Source: Chlamydiia bacterium | Lineage (GTDB): Bacteria > Chlamydiota > Chlamydiia > Chlamydiales > 2-12-FULL-49-11 | Assembly: GCA_044359535.1 (NCBI GenBank) | Contig: JBIKLZ010000003.1 | Coordinates: forward strand, 32,215 to 96,214 | Direction of reading: 5' to 3' | Length of the DNA: 64,000 nt | Shown here: positions 1-9,268 of the stretch, piece by piece | Layout: each line of letters starts with the position of its first letter | Position numbering within the stretch: position 1 is the first letter of the stretch | The notes under the pieces: model-generated | Databases searched by the model: none | What the model was told of the DNA's origin: nothing | What the model saw: the letters and a program-made list of their open reading frames with translations, nothing else | Translations under genes and position numbers: made by a program

Positions 1-1146
1 CTTAGTGCAATGGTATGTGCAATACACTCACTATCTGCAAACCCAATGAACCAAGAGGATCCTCAAAGATCTTATTTGTATACAAGCTATCCAGTAAAAG
101 ATAGTGTTGGACTACAATTGAATCTAGGTATCATTTACGAACAAATGAGAGTTGGTAACGCTGTTGCTGCTGAATCTGTTATAGAAACAGACATAGTTAA
201 TATTCCTTCAGTTCCACAGGATTTTATAAACTACAATGCAGTGAATCAACGTTTTAATTTTGATATGGCTGTAGGATTAAAAGCAGGTGTTGCCTATTTT
301 TTTGAACCAGACGGTTGGCTATTATCTGCAAATGTTGAATGGCTAAGTGCTCAAACAACCTATGCACAGCAGTATGACGGAATCACAAGATATTTTCCAG
401 CAGATTATCCTGCGGTTTTTTTAACTACATCAGCTCACTTTCCACTTGATTTTCAAGCAGTAAATGCAAGTTTCAATATTGACTACTATCTTTTAGATGT
501 TGTTTTATCTAATGGATCTTATTTTTCTGGAGCGTTTACTTTTGAACCCTTTGGTGGAATCCAAACTTCATGGATCAACTACTATACCTATAAACAATTT
601 AGTAGAGATTCAAACAACAGTGCACAAACAAATGCCAATAGTGATGGAATGCTTCCAGCAAACAGGTCTTGGGTAAAGCTTACAAATATCAATTTTTGGG
701 GCTGTGGTCCAGAATTTGGAATAAATGCAAACTACTACTTGGTTAAAGGGTTTAGTGTCTATTCTACATTACAATTAGCTATTCTTTTAGGACAAACAAC
801 ATTAGGGGATTCAACAGGGATTGTTGAAAGCAATCCATCCACTCCAACATTTCAATATATTGGGGATACTAATAATTTAATGAGTCCAACAACAAGGGCG
901 ATTTTAGGTCTACAGTACGATGCAAATATGTTTAATGATACACAGCATTTAAAAATCAGAGCAGGTTTTGATACAAGATTTTACTTTAATCAACACCCAG
1001 TAGTAAGATATGAAAATCAATTCTTGTATGATAGAAACGTAACAGCTAATGAACTATACCAATACGAAATAACTAGACCTCGTATTGAAGAAAACAACAC
1101 ATTTTCTATGGTTGGTTTAATTGTTGATGTTACTTACGACTTCTAA
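1..1146 (+). CDS. MOMP-like / Lpg1974-family beta-barrel outer membrane porin (5' end probably outside the window)
   Basis: The frame is open from base 1 (LSAMVCAIHSLSA, the tail of a signal peptide). It has alternating aromatic/hydrophobic strands, the segments FEPFGG and FWGCGPEFG, a C-terminal aromatic residue (VDVTYDF) and a strong terminator downstream. Confidence 0.7.
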   Translation, partial: LSAMVCAIHSLSANPMNQEDPQRSYLYTSYPVKDSVGLQLNLGIIYEQMRVGNAVAAESVIETDIVNIPSVPQDFINYNAVNQRFNFDMAVGLKAGVAYFFEPDGWLLSANVEWLSAQTTYAQQYDGITRYFPADYPAVFLTTSAHFPLDFQAVNASFNIDYYLLDVVLSNGSYFSGAFTFEPFGGIQTSWINYYTYKQFSRDSNNSAQTNANSDGMLPANRSWVKLTNINFWGCGPEFGINANYYLVKGFSVYSTLQLAILLGQTTLGDSTGIVESNPSTPTFQYIGDTNNLMSPTTRAILGLQYDANMFNDTQHLKIRAGFDTRFYFNQHPVVRYENQFLYDRNVTANELYQYEITRPRIEENNTFSMVGLIVDVTYDF

Positions 1147-1162
1147 AATAAAAGGGATAAGT

Positions 1163-1200
1163 AAAAAAGGGCGGTGAATTTTTTCACCGCCCTTTTTTTT
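1163..1200. terminator. Bidirectional intrinsic terminator
   Basis: AAAAAA-GGGCGGTGAA-TTTT-TTCACCGCCC-TTTTTTTT, a perfect 10 bp stem with A/T tails, between the convergent OMP and dusB genes. Confidence 0.92.
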
Positions 1201-2153
1201 TAGACACAACTCTCAATAATTGTGATCACTTCCTCTATACAAGAGGCTTTTGTAATCTCTTTTCGAACAAAGGTGTAGGCCTCTTCCTCCTTTAAATACC
1301 AACAGGCAACTTTCCGAATATCAGAAAGGACTTTTCTTGGAACTTGATAGCGGAGAATTTCTTTCACATGTTCACTAAATAATTGAAATGGGGTTGGAGG
1401 GATAAAATCTTTTCCCAGTAAAATATCTTGTGAAATATGTGGATTGCCCATCGTTATTCGAGAAACAAGGACCCCATCGGCTCCTGTATGTACAAGGGCT
1501 TTTTCCGCTGATTCCTTACAATTGATATCCCCATTTGCAAAGACTAGAATAGAGCGCTCTTGATCACAGGCCTCTTTAATATAGTCCCAGTTTGCTCCCC
1601 CCTTATACCCCTGCTCTCTTGTTCTACCATGAATAAAAATGGCATAAGCACCCGCTTGCTCAGCAATTTTAGTCACTTGTTTAGCGTTAATAGAATGTTG
1701 ATCCCACCCTGCTCGTATTTTTACTGTAATGGGGATATCTACCTTTTTTTGCATCTCGTAGACAATTTCCCCAATTTTCTCAGGCGTTTTTAAAAGGGCT
1801 GAGCCGCTGCCATCTTTGGTCACTTTATCCACAGGACATCCACAGTTTAGGTCCAATAGATCAAAACCAAGATCCTCAATTATGGCACTGGAGGTCCTTG
1901 CCACCTCTTTATCACTTGTGCATATTTGCGCCCCAATAGGGTGCATCCCTTTTGAAAAGGAGAGGATAGAAAAGGTCCCTTTATCCCCCCGAACTATAGC
2001 CTCTCCTTTTGTCATTTCTGTAAAAAAAAGACTATCGCTAAACTTTCGAACCATCGCCCTAAAGGGAAGATCTGAACATCCAGCAAGGGGTGAATAAACA
2101 ATATTTGAGGCAAGCTCAAGGTTTTTTATTTTTATAGGTCTAAAAAGGGTCAT
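1200..2153 (-). CDS. dusB: tRNA dihydrouridine synthase
   Basis: SPLAGCSDLPFR, DLNCGCP, GSGSALL, IHGRTREQ and ANGDI motifs. Confidence 0.92.
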   Translation of the reverse strand: MTLFRPIKIKNLELASNIVYSPLAGCSDLPFRAMVRKFSDSLFFTEMTKGEAIVRGDKGTFSILSFSKGMHPIGAQICTSDKEVARTSSAIIEDLGFDLLDLNCGCPVDKVTKDGSGSALLKTPEKIGEIVYEMQKKVDIPITVKIRAGWDQHSINAKQVTKIAEQAGAYAIFIHGRTREQGYKGGANWDYIKEACDQERSILVFANGDINCKESAEKALVHTGADGVLVSRITMGNPHISQDILLGKDFIPPTPFQLFSEHVKEILRYQVPRKVLSDIRKVACWYLKEEEAYTFVRKEITKASCIEEVITIIESCV

Positions 2154-2392
2154 AAAAATAGAGTTGTAATAAAAGTTTTTACTAATCGGAGGGTGACAAG
2201 GGCTATCATTGGACTTATATCAAGGACCCCTCCTACAGGAGGAATCAATTTCTTAAAAATATTCATATAAGGATCTGTCAAAAAAAGGATGTATTTAGAG
2301 GCCTGATACCTATAAAGGGAGGGAAACCATGAAAGGGCTATTCTAATAAATATTAATAACGAATAAGTGGAAAAAAATGTTTCAAGCATCAT
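2150..2392 (-). CDS. YggT family membrane protein
   Basis: RIALSWFP, TDPY, PPVGGVLDISPMIA motifs; overlaps the dusB start. Confidence 0.9.
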   Translation of the reverse strand: MMLETFFSTYSLLIFIRIALSWFPSLYRYQASKYILFLTDPYMNIFKKLIPPVGGVLDISPMIALVTLRLVKTFITTLFL

Positions 2393-2491
2393 CGAACTCT
2401 TTGTGGAACTTTACGAACTATTTTACCATAGTAATCTTTTACGTCATCCTTTATTATACTAAAAGACTAAAGTTTTAGTTGGGTGTAAAGT

Positions 2492-4018
2492 ATGTATATT
2501 CTTGGGCTATATTCAGATGGGGACTACTTTAAAGTGTCCCTTATCCTAAAAAAATATGGGAAAAGGCGCCTTGAGTTTATTAAAGAGATAAAAAAGGGTG
2601 CTTTCCATCTAGCACACTTAAAAAAGGCTTTAGAGCAAAAGGGAGCTTTCTTTAATAAGAATATAGAAGTTGTTACAGCTATAGATCCTGAAGAGCTTTT
2701 CGTACAAAAATTTTCTTTTCCTGTTAAAGGGCGATCAAAAGTTTTAAAAGCACTCAAATTTAGACTTTCTGATGAGGATATTTATTTTGAAAAGGGGGCT
2801 TATTTTATCCCAACATTTCAAAGGAAAGGGAACCAAACAGAGGTGGCTTTATATGGGTACACCAAAGAGGCGATGCATTCCCATGTGGAAGAAATAAAAC
2901 ATTTGGGTATAGATACTCACATTGTATCAACAATACCTAAAGCTTTTGAAAGATTTATTGATCTATTTGCCAAAGTGGAGCAACCTTTCTTTTTGTTTCA
3001 CTTAGGTTGGGAAACCTCTTTTTTTTATTTTGTGATCAACAAAGAGGTTAAAAGGGAGGTTTCTTTTAGGTGTGGTTTAAAAAATATTGTCGATGCGGTT
3101 CAAAAGGACCACATTTTAACAGAAAATGTCGATATGCAAAGGATTCAAGAGCTGTTTATTGAATCCATTGATCAAGAAAAGAAAAATGACTCAACCAGGT
3201 TGTTTTTTGAAATAGAAAAAGAAATTTCCAGAGCATGGACATTTATCCTTGAAGAGGAAAAAAAGGCTCAAGAGGTTTTTTCTGTCCTATTTACTGGGTA
3301 TAGTGACTTTTCAAGGGAATTAAAACCATACCTTCCCCCAATAGATTTTCAAGAGGTTGTTTTAACCCCCCATTTAGAGTACACCTCTTCACAACTTGCT
3401 TCCTATGCTATAGAAATTGGTCTTGCATTAGAAGGGGCTATTTCTTCAGTGCCCCCTTTGCAACTTGCTCAAGGAGAAATGATCCCTTATGCTCAAAAAA
3501 AGAGGGTGAAAAAAAGTTTAATCACCTTTGCAACCCTTTTAACCCTTTCTTGTGGGGTTTTATTTGTTTCATTAAACTCAATCCTTTCTGTGAAAAAAGG
3601 GGAGCTAAAAGAAAGATATGAAAGGGCAATTTCGGAATTGGATGAAAAGGCACATTTAGACATTGATTATAAAAACCTTGGATCTAAAAGAAAGCTACTG
3701 CAAAATGAGGCTAAAAAACTACAAGAGAAACAAAAAATTTTAGAGGGTCCTTTCCCTTTTTCTTCAGTCCTTGAATGGATAGCAAAGTGTGATCAAAGTT
3801 CTTTTATTGTAGAAAATATAGACTATCGCATTGTTCAAGCCCCTTCTTTAGAAGATCCCTTGGGGGGGTATATTGTTGAGGTTGCCATTCAAATTGAAAA
3901 AAATGAACATGGATGGGATGAATTTTTTCTCAAAAAAGGGGAGAATGTCTTTTTTGATAGAGAACCGGAATATGAAGAGAAAACCAAAAGCTCTATAGTT
4001 AGGTTGAGGTTAAAATGA
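2492..4018 (+). CDS. Putative GspL / PilM-PilN-like secretion platform protein
   Basis: Actin-like-fold segments (VVTAIDPEELFVQKFSFP; FHLGWETSFFYFV...SFRCG), one TM helix near aa 345-365, a coiled coil and a short periplasmic domain. Confidence 0.5.
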   Translation: MYILGLYSDGDYFKVSLILKKYGKRRLEFIKEIKKGAFHLAHLKKALEQKGAFFNKNIEVVTAIDPEELFVQKFSFPVKGRSKVLKALKFRLSDEDIYFEKGAYFIPTFQRKGNQTEVALYGYTKEAMHSHVEEIKHLGIDTHIVSTIPKAFERFIDLFAKVEQPFFLFHLGWETSFFYFVINKEVKREVSFRCGLKNIVDAVQKDHILTENVDMQRIQELFIESIDQEKKNDSTRLFFEIEKEISRAWTFILEEEKKAQEVFSVLFTGYSDFSRELKPYLPPIDFQEVVLTPHLEYTSSQLASYAIEIGLALEGAISSVPPLQLAQGEMIPYAQKKRVKKSLITFATLLTLSCGVLFVSLNSILSVKKGELKERYERAISELDEKAHLDIDYKNLGSKRKLLQNEAKKLQEKQKILEGPFPFSSVLEWIAKCDQSSFIVENIDYRIVQAPSLEDPLGGYIVEVAIQIEKNEHGWDEFFLKKGENVFFDREPEYEEKTKSSIVRLRLK

Positions 4019-4590
4019 TAAAGGATTTTTTTTCAAAAAAAAATTGGATGATGGATGCAACACTTCTTTATTCTCTTATAGCTGCCCCTGTAATCTTATT
4101 TACAGCAGTATTAACCTTTTTTATCACAGCGATCCATTCTTTAAATGAATCCGAAAAAGAGGTGATCTTTGTTGAAAAACTGTTTCAAAAGAAAAAAAAA
4201 AGAGAGCCCTTTGATAAGGATCCTAAAGAAATAATCAGAAATATAGAAGCTCTTAACCTCCTTGAAGAGGAGCAAAGACTCCTTTTAAAAATTTTTCAAG
4301 AGGGAGAAAAAGAGGAGCTCTATGATGGAGTCTATGAGCGGTTAGCTTTTTTAAAAAATAAAAATCACATTGCTTTTGAACCCTTTGAAGGAAATGAATC
4401 TGTAGTGTGGAAGGTAAAAGAGCCTATAGAAATGAATCAAAACGATTTAAAAAATATTTTGATTATTGAAAAGAATTTCCCGTACTTGTTTTTTTCTTCA
4501 GTAAATTTTAGAACAATAGATAAAAATAAGGGAGATATTTATACTATAGAAATGGAAATCACCCAAAAAGGAAATAATGGGAATTTTTAA
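4015..4590 (+). CDS. Bitopic membrane protein, possibly GspM/PilO-like
   Basis: N-terminal TM helix, coiled coil and beta-rich C-terminus; ATGA overlap with the upstream gene. Confidence 0.4.
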   Translation: MIKDFFSKKNWMMDATLLYSLIAAPVILFTAVLTFFITAIHSLNESEKEVIFVEKLFQKKKKREPFDKDPKEIIRNIEALNLLEEEQRLLLKIFQEGEKEELYDGVYERLAFLKNKNHIAFEPFEGNESVVWKVKEPIEMNQNDLKNILIIEKNFPYLFFSSVNFRTIDKNKGDIYTIEMEITQKGNNGNF

Positions 4591-5836
4591 AAAAAAACAT
4601 CTACTTTATATTTTGCCCATTCTTTTATTAGGGTGTAGATCCTCTTCTTCCCCAAATCTTGTTCATCTTCAAATAGTGGATAGAAATGGCTACACACAAA
4701 CTATCAGCGACAGTGAGGGGATGAAAAAATATGAGAGGTATGATTTAAAAGCCCCTTCTCATCATAAAAAAGTGATTCGGGTATTTGATAAGGATAAAAA
4801 AGGGGTGATCACCTTATACCATGAAAATGGGGAACTTTGGCAATATGTGGAAACAAAAAATGGCAGGGCTTCTGGGGTCTATGAAGAGTATTATCCTAAC
4901 AGACAATTACATATTAAAAGCATTGTTAGTGAAGGAATAGCTGATCTAACCGATCAAGCAAAACTTTCTTGGATATTTGATGAAACATCTACGGTATATG
5001 ATGAAAATGGAAATGTGATTGCAACAATTCCTTACAGTAAAGGGGTGCAAGAGGGGATTGCAACCTATTTTTATCCTAATGGGGTGGTGAAAAGGACAAT
5101 TCCTTATTTAAACAATAAAATTGAGGGGAAGGTGTGTACCTATACTCAAGAAGGGGTCTTATCAGCAACAAAAAATTATTTTTTAGGAGAGGAAGAGGGA
5201 GAAGCTATTTTTAATGGATCTTCTGTTGAAGGGGGTTATAAAGAGTTTTATAAAAAGGGTCGCTTACTTGAGGGTAGATATCTTAATATAGATGGAACCT
5301 TTTTTTCTGAGATTAAGGAAGGAGAAGGGAAAAAACCCTATTTTAAAGAGGGGGCTCTTTATAAAGTCTGCGAATATAGAAAAGGGATTGAAGAGGGGGA
5401 GGTAACCCTTTATAGAAAAGATGGCTCTATTGAGTCTACCTATAGTGTTATCAACAATGAAAAACATGGGGAAGAGATCTGTTATTACCCAACTCACGTA
5501 GGAGAGGAAATGATAAAAAAATTTCTAATCACATGGAGAGAGGGGCTTATTCATGGGAGGGTTTGTTCTTGGTATCCAAATGGGGTATTAGAAAGTGAAA
5601 AAGAAATTGTGGATCATAAAAAAGAAGGAACCTACCTTAGTTGGTATATAGATAGTTCTTTGATGATGGTGGAAGAGTATAGACAAGATAGACTTATCAA
5701 TGGAAAATATTTACGTAAAGGGGAGAGTGTCCCTATTTCTCGGGTTATTGATGGGATGGGAGAGGCTCATATTTATGATAAAGATGGGCTTTTGATAAGA
5801 AAGATTTCCTATTATAAAGGGTATCCAGTGGAGTGA
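4577..5836 (+). CDS. MORN2/YwqK-repeat lipoprotein
   Basis: Lipobox LLLGC and repeated Y(H/Y/F)x(E/P)NG units. Confidence 0.8.
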   Translation: MGIFKKKHLLYILPILLLGCRSSSSPNLVHLQIVDRNGYTQTISDSEGMKKYERYDLKAPSHHKKVIRVFDKDKKGVITLYHENGELWQYVETKNGRASGVYEEYYPNRQLHIKSIVSEGIADLTDQAKLSWIFDETSTVYDENGNVIATIPYSKGVQEGIATYFYPNGVVKRTIPYLNNKIEGKVCTYTQEGVLSATKNYFLGEEEGEAIFNGSSVEGGYKEFYKKGRLLEGRYLNIDGTFFSEIKEGEGKKPYFKEGALYKVCEYRKGIEEGEVTLYRKDGSIESTYSVINNEKHGEEICYYPTHVGEEMIKKFLITWREGLIHGRVCSWYPNGVLESEKEIVDHKKEGTYLSWYIDSSLMMVEEYRQDRLINGKYLRKGESVPISRVIDGMGEAHIYDKDGLLIRKISYYKGYPVE

Positions 5837-6354
5837 AAGAAGAGCTTAGACAAAGATATCTAAAAATAAGAAAGGGAATATCCTTAGAAAGGAAACAAGA
5901 GGCAAGAGGGGCTGTTTATAAAAAGCTCCTTGAAATGACACAAGGGGCTAAAGAGATTCTTTCCTATAGCCCCCTTGAAGATGAAGTTTGTGTCGATCTA
6001 TTTAATCAATATTTAGCTGAACAAAACCGTTTATTTCTCCCTCGTATAGAAGGGAAAACCCTTGTCCCATATAAGGTTACTGATATGGGAAGTCAGTTGA
6101 AAACTTTTTCTCATAGATTTTTAGAACCTATTATAGAGTGTGAAAAAAAAGAAACGGTCGATCTTGTCATTGTCCCTGGGATTGTTTTTGATAATAAGTG
6201 CGGAAGAGTTGGATTTGGAAAAGGGTTTTATGATAAATTTCTTTTTAAAACCAAAACACCTTCTATAGGGGTTCTTTTTAGAGAACAACTTTTTGATGGA
6301 ACTCTTGTTTTAGAAGATCATGACGTACCTATGGAGAGGCTATGTATTATCTAA
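5833..6354 (+). CDS. ygfA: 5-formyltetrahydrofolate cyclo-ligase
   Basis: KEELR N-terminus, LPR, DLVIVPGIVFD...GRVGFGKGFYDKFL, HDVPM; GTG start. Confidence 0.93.
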   Translation: MKEELRQRYLKIRKGISLERKQEARGAVYKKLLEMTQGAKEILSYSPLEDEVCVDLFNQYLAEQNRLFLPRIEGKTLVPYKVTDMGSQLKTFSHRFLEPIIECEKKETVDLVIVPGIVFDNKCGRVGFGKGFYDKFLFKTKTPSIGVLFREQLFDGTLVLEDHDVPMERLCII

Positions 6355-6884
6355 TTCTTTTTTTCTGCACCCTTCCCCTTTTTTCTAGAGAGATTCTTGT
6401 CTCCTATTTTGATAGAGAAATCTATAAAGAAAATAGACTTAATGTGCAAGAGTACCCAAAACATGTAGAAGTTTCTGAAATTGAGCAGGGTTTTCTTGTT
6501 GCATTTTCCTATCCTTTAAACCCGAATGCGGGAATTTTATCAATACATGCCGGCTCTTCTGTCGGTCGATTTAATGTGATAGGGGATGAAGCCTATTCTT
6601 ACTCAACCTATCTATCGGCAAAGCTGACCCCTTTTTCGATTTTTTTATGTTCTCCCTATGTGGAGGTAAGTCTTGCCGGCCCTACCTATCTTTCAAAAGG
6701 GACCTTAGGAAAGATCGATTTTGGCTCCTCTATTGTCTATCAAAATAGTTTTGCCTTGGGTCTTAAGGTTGCATCCCTTTTAATCGAAGCAAAACTACTT
6801 AACTATAGCACCTCGTTGCCCGATGCGTTTAGTAAAAAAAGTATCACATTCCCCCTGATTATATCTGCTGGAACCTCATTTTAG
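6342..6884 (+). CDS. Small outer membrane beta-barrel, PagL/acyloxyacyl-hydrolase-like
   Basis: Signal peptide, PYVEVSLAGPTYLS, DFGSSIVYQNSFALG and a C-terminal Phe resemble lipid A deacylase family proteins. Confidence 0.5.
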   Translation: MYYLILFFCTLPLFSREILVSYFDREIYKENRLNVQEYPKHVEVSEIEQGFLVAFSYPLNPNAGILSIHAGSSVGRFNVIGDEAYSYSTYLSAKLTPFSIFLCSPYVEVSLAGPTYLSKGTLGKIDFGSSIVYQNSFALGLKVASLLIEAKLLNYSTSLPDAFSKKSITFPLIISAGTSF

Positions 6885-8270
6885 TTAACAAATAACCACA
6901 TTTTTCTTAAGGGCAGAGTTAAATGATCTCCCTAAGAAGAGGGCAATCCCTAGCCAAAAAAGGAGCAGTGGAAAACAAAGGGATGCACTCATCATTAAAT
7001 AATGAGCTTTTCCGGCGGCGGCTCCAAAGGTCGATTGCAGTGGGGATAAGGACATGTTGAACATTGATCCCATTTGCTTTGAAGATCTAGATCCAAAAGT
7101 TTCTACCCATGCTTGAGCTTTAAATTTCACATCATGAGAGGTAGGGATATAAAGCTGCTTTAGAGCAGGTCCGTTTAAAGCGTAGTTGATTGCTTTTGAA
7201 CCCACCATCAAAACAAAAAGAAATGAGAGGGAATTAAAGGTTAAAAATCCTAAAAGGGCTGAGCCAACAATAAGAGGCATTGATGCCAGAGCTATTTTTA
7301 CACCTAAATACCGTGTAATATTACTTATTCCAAAAAGGAGGCAAAAAAGGGATACAGAGTTGACACTCGATGCATAAATACTTAAATAGTTACTTAATTC
7401 CACTCCAGAATAGACAGAACTTGCTGCAATTTTGAAATTAAAATCAAAAATAGTGACAATCACTTCATAGATAAAATTCACTCCAAAAATCCCTAAAAGG
7501 TAGCGATGATTAAGAAGTAGTTTTAGTCCATCAAGAAATCTAGCCTCGTGCTTTACTTCGTTTTTCAAAGGATTGACCCCTTCAAAAGAGTGCAAAAGAT
7601 GTTTTGGTGTAGCCTTTAAAAAGTATCTCACAAGAGGGATGATCATAAAGGTTAATAGAGAAAGCAATAAAACAGAAATGGCATCAGAAGTATGAGCTAA
7701 ACGGTGAGGTAATCCTCCAATGCTATAAGGAAAAATAATTCCTCCAATTTGACCTAAGGCAACAACGAGAGGAAAACCCTTTTTTGCAGAGATCGGGGAA
7801 GTTGTGTCTGTTGAAAATGCCCAAAATAAAGCAACAACTAACGAACCAAAGCTCTCTCCAAAAAGATAGAATAGATAGCCTAAAATCTTTGTCCCAAAAG
7901 GATAGAGTTCTTTAGCCCCTTGGAAATTGTATAAAATTAGACTAAACACAACTAAAGCTATTGAATACAATGTTGGAAGAAGGATCAGCATTTTTTCTCT
8001 TGAATTCTTTTCAAGGAGCTTTGTATAAAAAATGACCATGGGCATTAACCCTATCAATGAAACGGTTTTTGCAAAAGGTAGTTGGATACTTCCTACAAAA
8101 TGGACAAAAAGGGCATCTTTTAGTGGACGAATAGTCCAATAAATTCCAATGATAAAAGCAAAGATGAGCCCCATCCTTAAAAATTTTTTAAATTCTTCCC
8201 TTTCAAAGGTTCCAAAATTAAATCTGCATATATATTGAAAAAATCTTATTAAATAGTCTTTTTTATTCAT
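6885..8270 (-). CDS. NTT/TLC (Npt1/Npt2) family nucleotide transporter, copy A
   Basis: About 12 TM helices; YWTIRPLKD, ESFGSLVVALFW, KAINYALNGP, LYIPTSHDVKFKAQAW. Start moved to ATG 8270, which has AGGAG 7 nt upstream (ORF track starts at 8306). Confidence 0.85.
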   Translation of the reverse strand: MNKKDYLIRFFQYICRFNFGTFEREEFKKFLRMGLIFAFIIGIYWTIRPLKDALFVHFVGSIQLPFAKTVSLIGLMPMVIFYTKLLEKNSREKMLILLPTLYSIALVVFSLILYNFQGAKELYPFGTKILGYLFYLFGESFGSLVVALFWAFSTDTTSPISAKKGFPLVVALGQIGGIIFPYSIGGLPHRLAHTSDAISVLLLSLLTFMIIPLVRYFLKATPKHLLHSFEGVNPLKNEVKHEARFLDGLKLLLNHRYLLGIFGVNFIYEVIVTIFDFNFKIAASSVYSGVELSNYLSIYASSVNSVSLFCLLFGISNITRYLGVKIALASMPLIVGSALLGFLTFNSLSFLFVLMVGSKAINYALNGPALKQLYIPTSHDVKFKAQAWVETFGSRSSKQMGSMFNMSLSPLQSTFGAAAGKAHYLMMSASLCFPLLLFWLGIALFLGRSFNSALKKNVVIC

Positions 8271-8325
8271 TTTCATTCTCCTTTTTGAAAGATCATAGAC
8301 TAACATATTTGATTTTATTTATGTT

Positions 8326-8362
8326 CTTGATATAATCGATAACACATATCGAAAAAATTGAT
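8326..8362. promoter_or_regulatory. Putative LysR operator (two tandem T-N11-A half-sites)
   Basis: CTT-N9-GAT-N7-ATC-N9-GAT in the divergent NTT/LysR intergenic region, with central palindrome TCGATA-N5-TATCGA. Confidence 0.6.
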
Positions 8363-8382
8363 TTGATTTAAAGGGGCTAGGC

Positions 8383-9261
8383 ATGAGAAATTTAGACAAA
8401 AAAAAAGTAGATGAAGGGTTAGAAGAGCAAACGATGCAAAAATTAGAACTCTCATTAAAAAATCTAAGGGTTGCCGATGCTGAGTTGTTTATTTCCGCTG
8501 CAAGGATGGGCAATCTTGGAAAAGCTGCAAAAATCCATTTTTTAAGTCAAAGTGCAGCAAGTACTGCAATTTTTAGGTTAGAGACGGCCTTTAATATCCC
8601 ATTGTGCACCCATCAAAAGAAAAAATTCACCCTTACAAATGAAGGTGAAATTCTCCTATTAAGGCTGGAAAAATGGATAGAACAATTAAAAAAAATGGTT
8701 TTAAGAAGTGAGGATGTCCCCATACGCATTGTAACAACACATGCCATTTCAATTGTGGCTGTCCCTGGATTGTTTTCTTTAGGCAATGTAGAGTTTAAAA
8801 ATCAACGTATAGAAAAGGCTTATACCGCTGTTTTACATGATGAGGCCGATATTGCCCTTGTTTTGGATAATGCTTCCTGGAGTGGTTTAGTGGCTACTGA
8901 AGTGGGAAGAGGGACCTTTCAATTGTACTCTAAAGATCCACATGTCCCTTTAAAGGGTGTATTGCTTCCAGAAGATCAAATGGAGGTCCTTGCTTTACAA
9001 CAAACATGGAAAGAGGTCAAAGGCTATTTTTTACCTGTAAAAGCTCGGATACCGAGTTGGTCTTTGATCGCAAATATTTGCTTTGAATCTGATGAAGTGG
9101 GATTTCTCCCAGATTTTCTTGCTAAAAAGTATCATCTTCATCCGGTAATGTGGCAGCCTCCTTCATCAAGATATAGGATTTTAGTGTTACACAAAAATAC
9201 TGACGATCAAAAGGAGAAGTTTGAAAGGATCATTACAAGGCTTAAAGAGCTGTTTTCATAA
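8383..9261 (+). CDS. LysR family transcriptional regulator
   Basis: HTH FISAARMGNLGKAAKIHFLSQSAASTAIFRLE...FTLTNEG and DIALV in the substrate domain; divergent from NTT copy A. True start may be ATG 8434. Confidence 0.88.
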   Translation: MRNLDKKKVDEGLEEQTMQKLELSLKNLRVADAELFISAARMGNLGKAAKIHFLSQSAASTAIFRLETAFNIPLCTHQKKKFTLTNEGEILLLRLEKWIEQLKKMVLRSEDVPIRIVTTHAISIVAVPGLFSLGNVEFKNQRIEKAYTAVLHDEADIALVLDNASWSGLVATEVGRGTFQLYSKDPHVPLKGVLLPEDQMEVLALQQTWKEVKGYFLPVKARIPSWSLIANICFESDEVGFLPDFLAKKYHLHPVMWQPPSSRYRILVLHKNTDDQKEKFERIITRLKELFS

Positions 9262-9268
9262 GGTTTTT

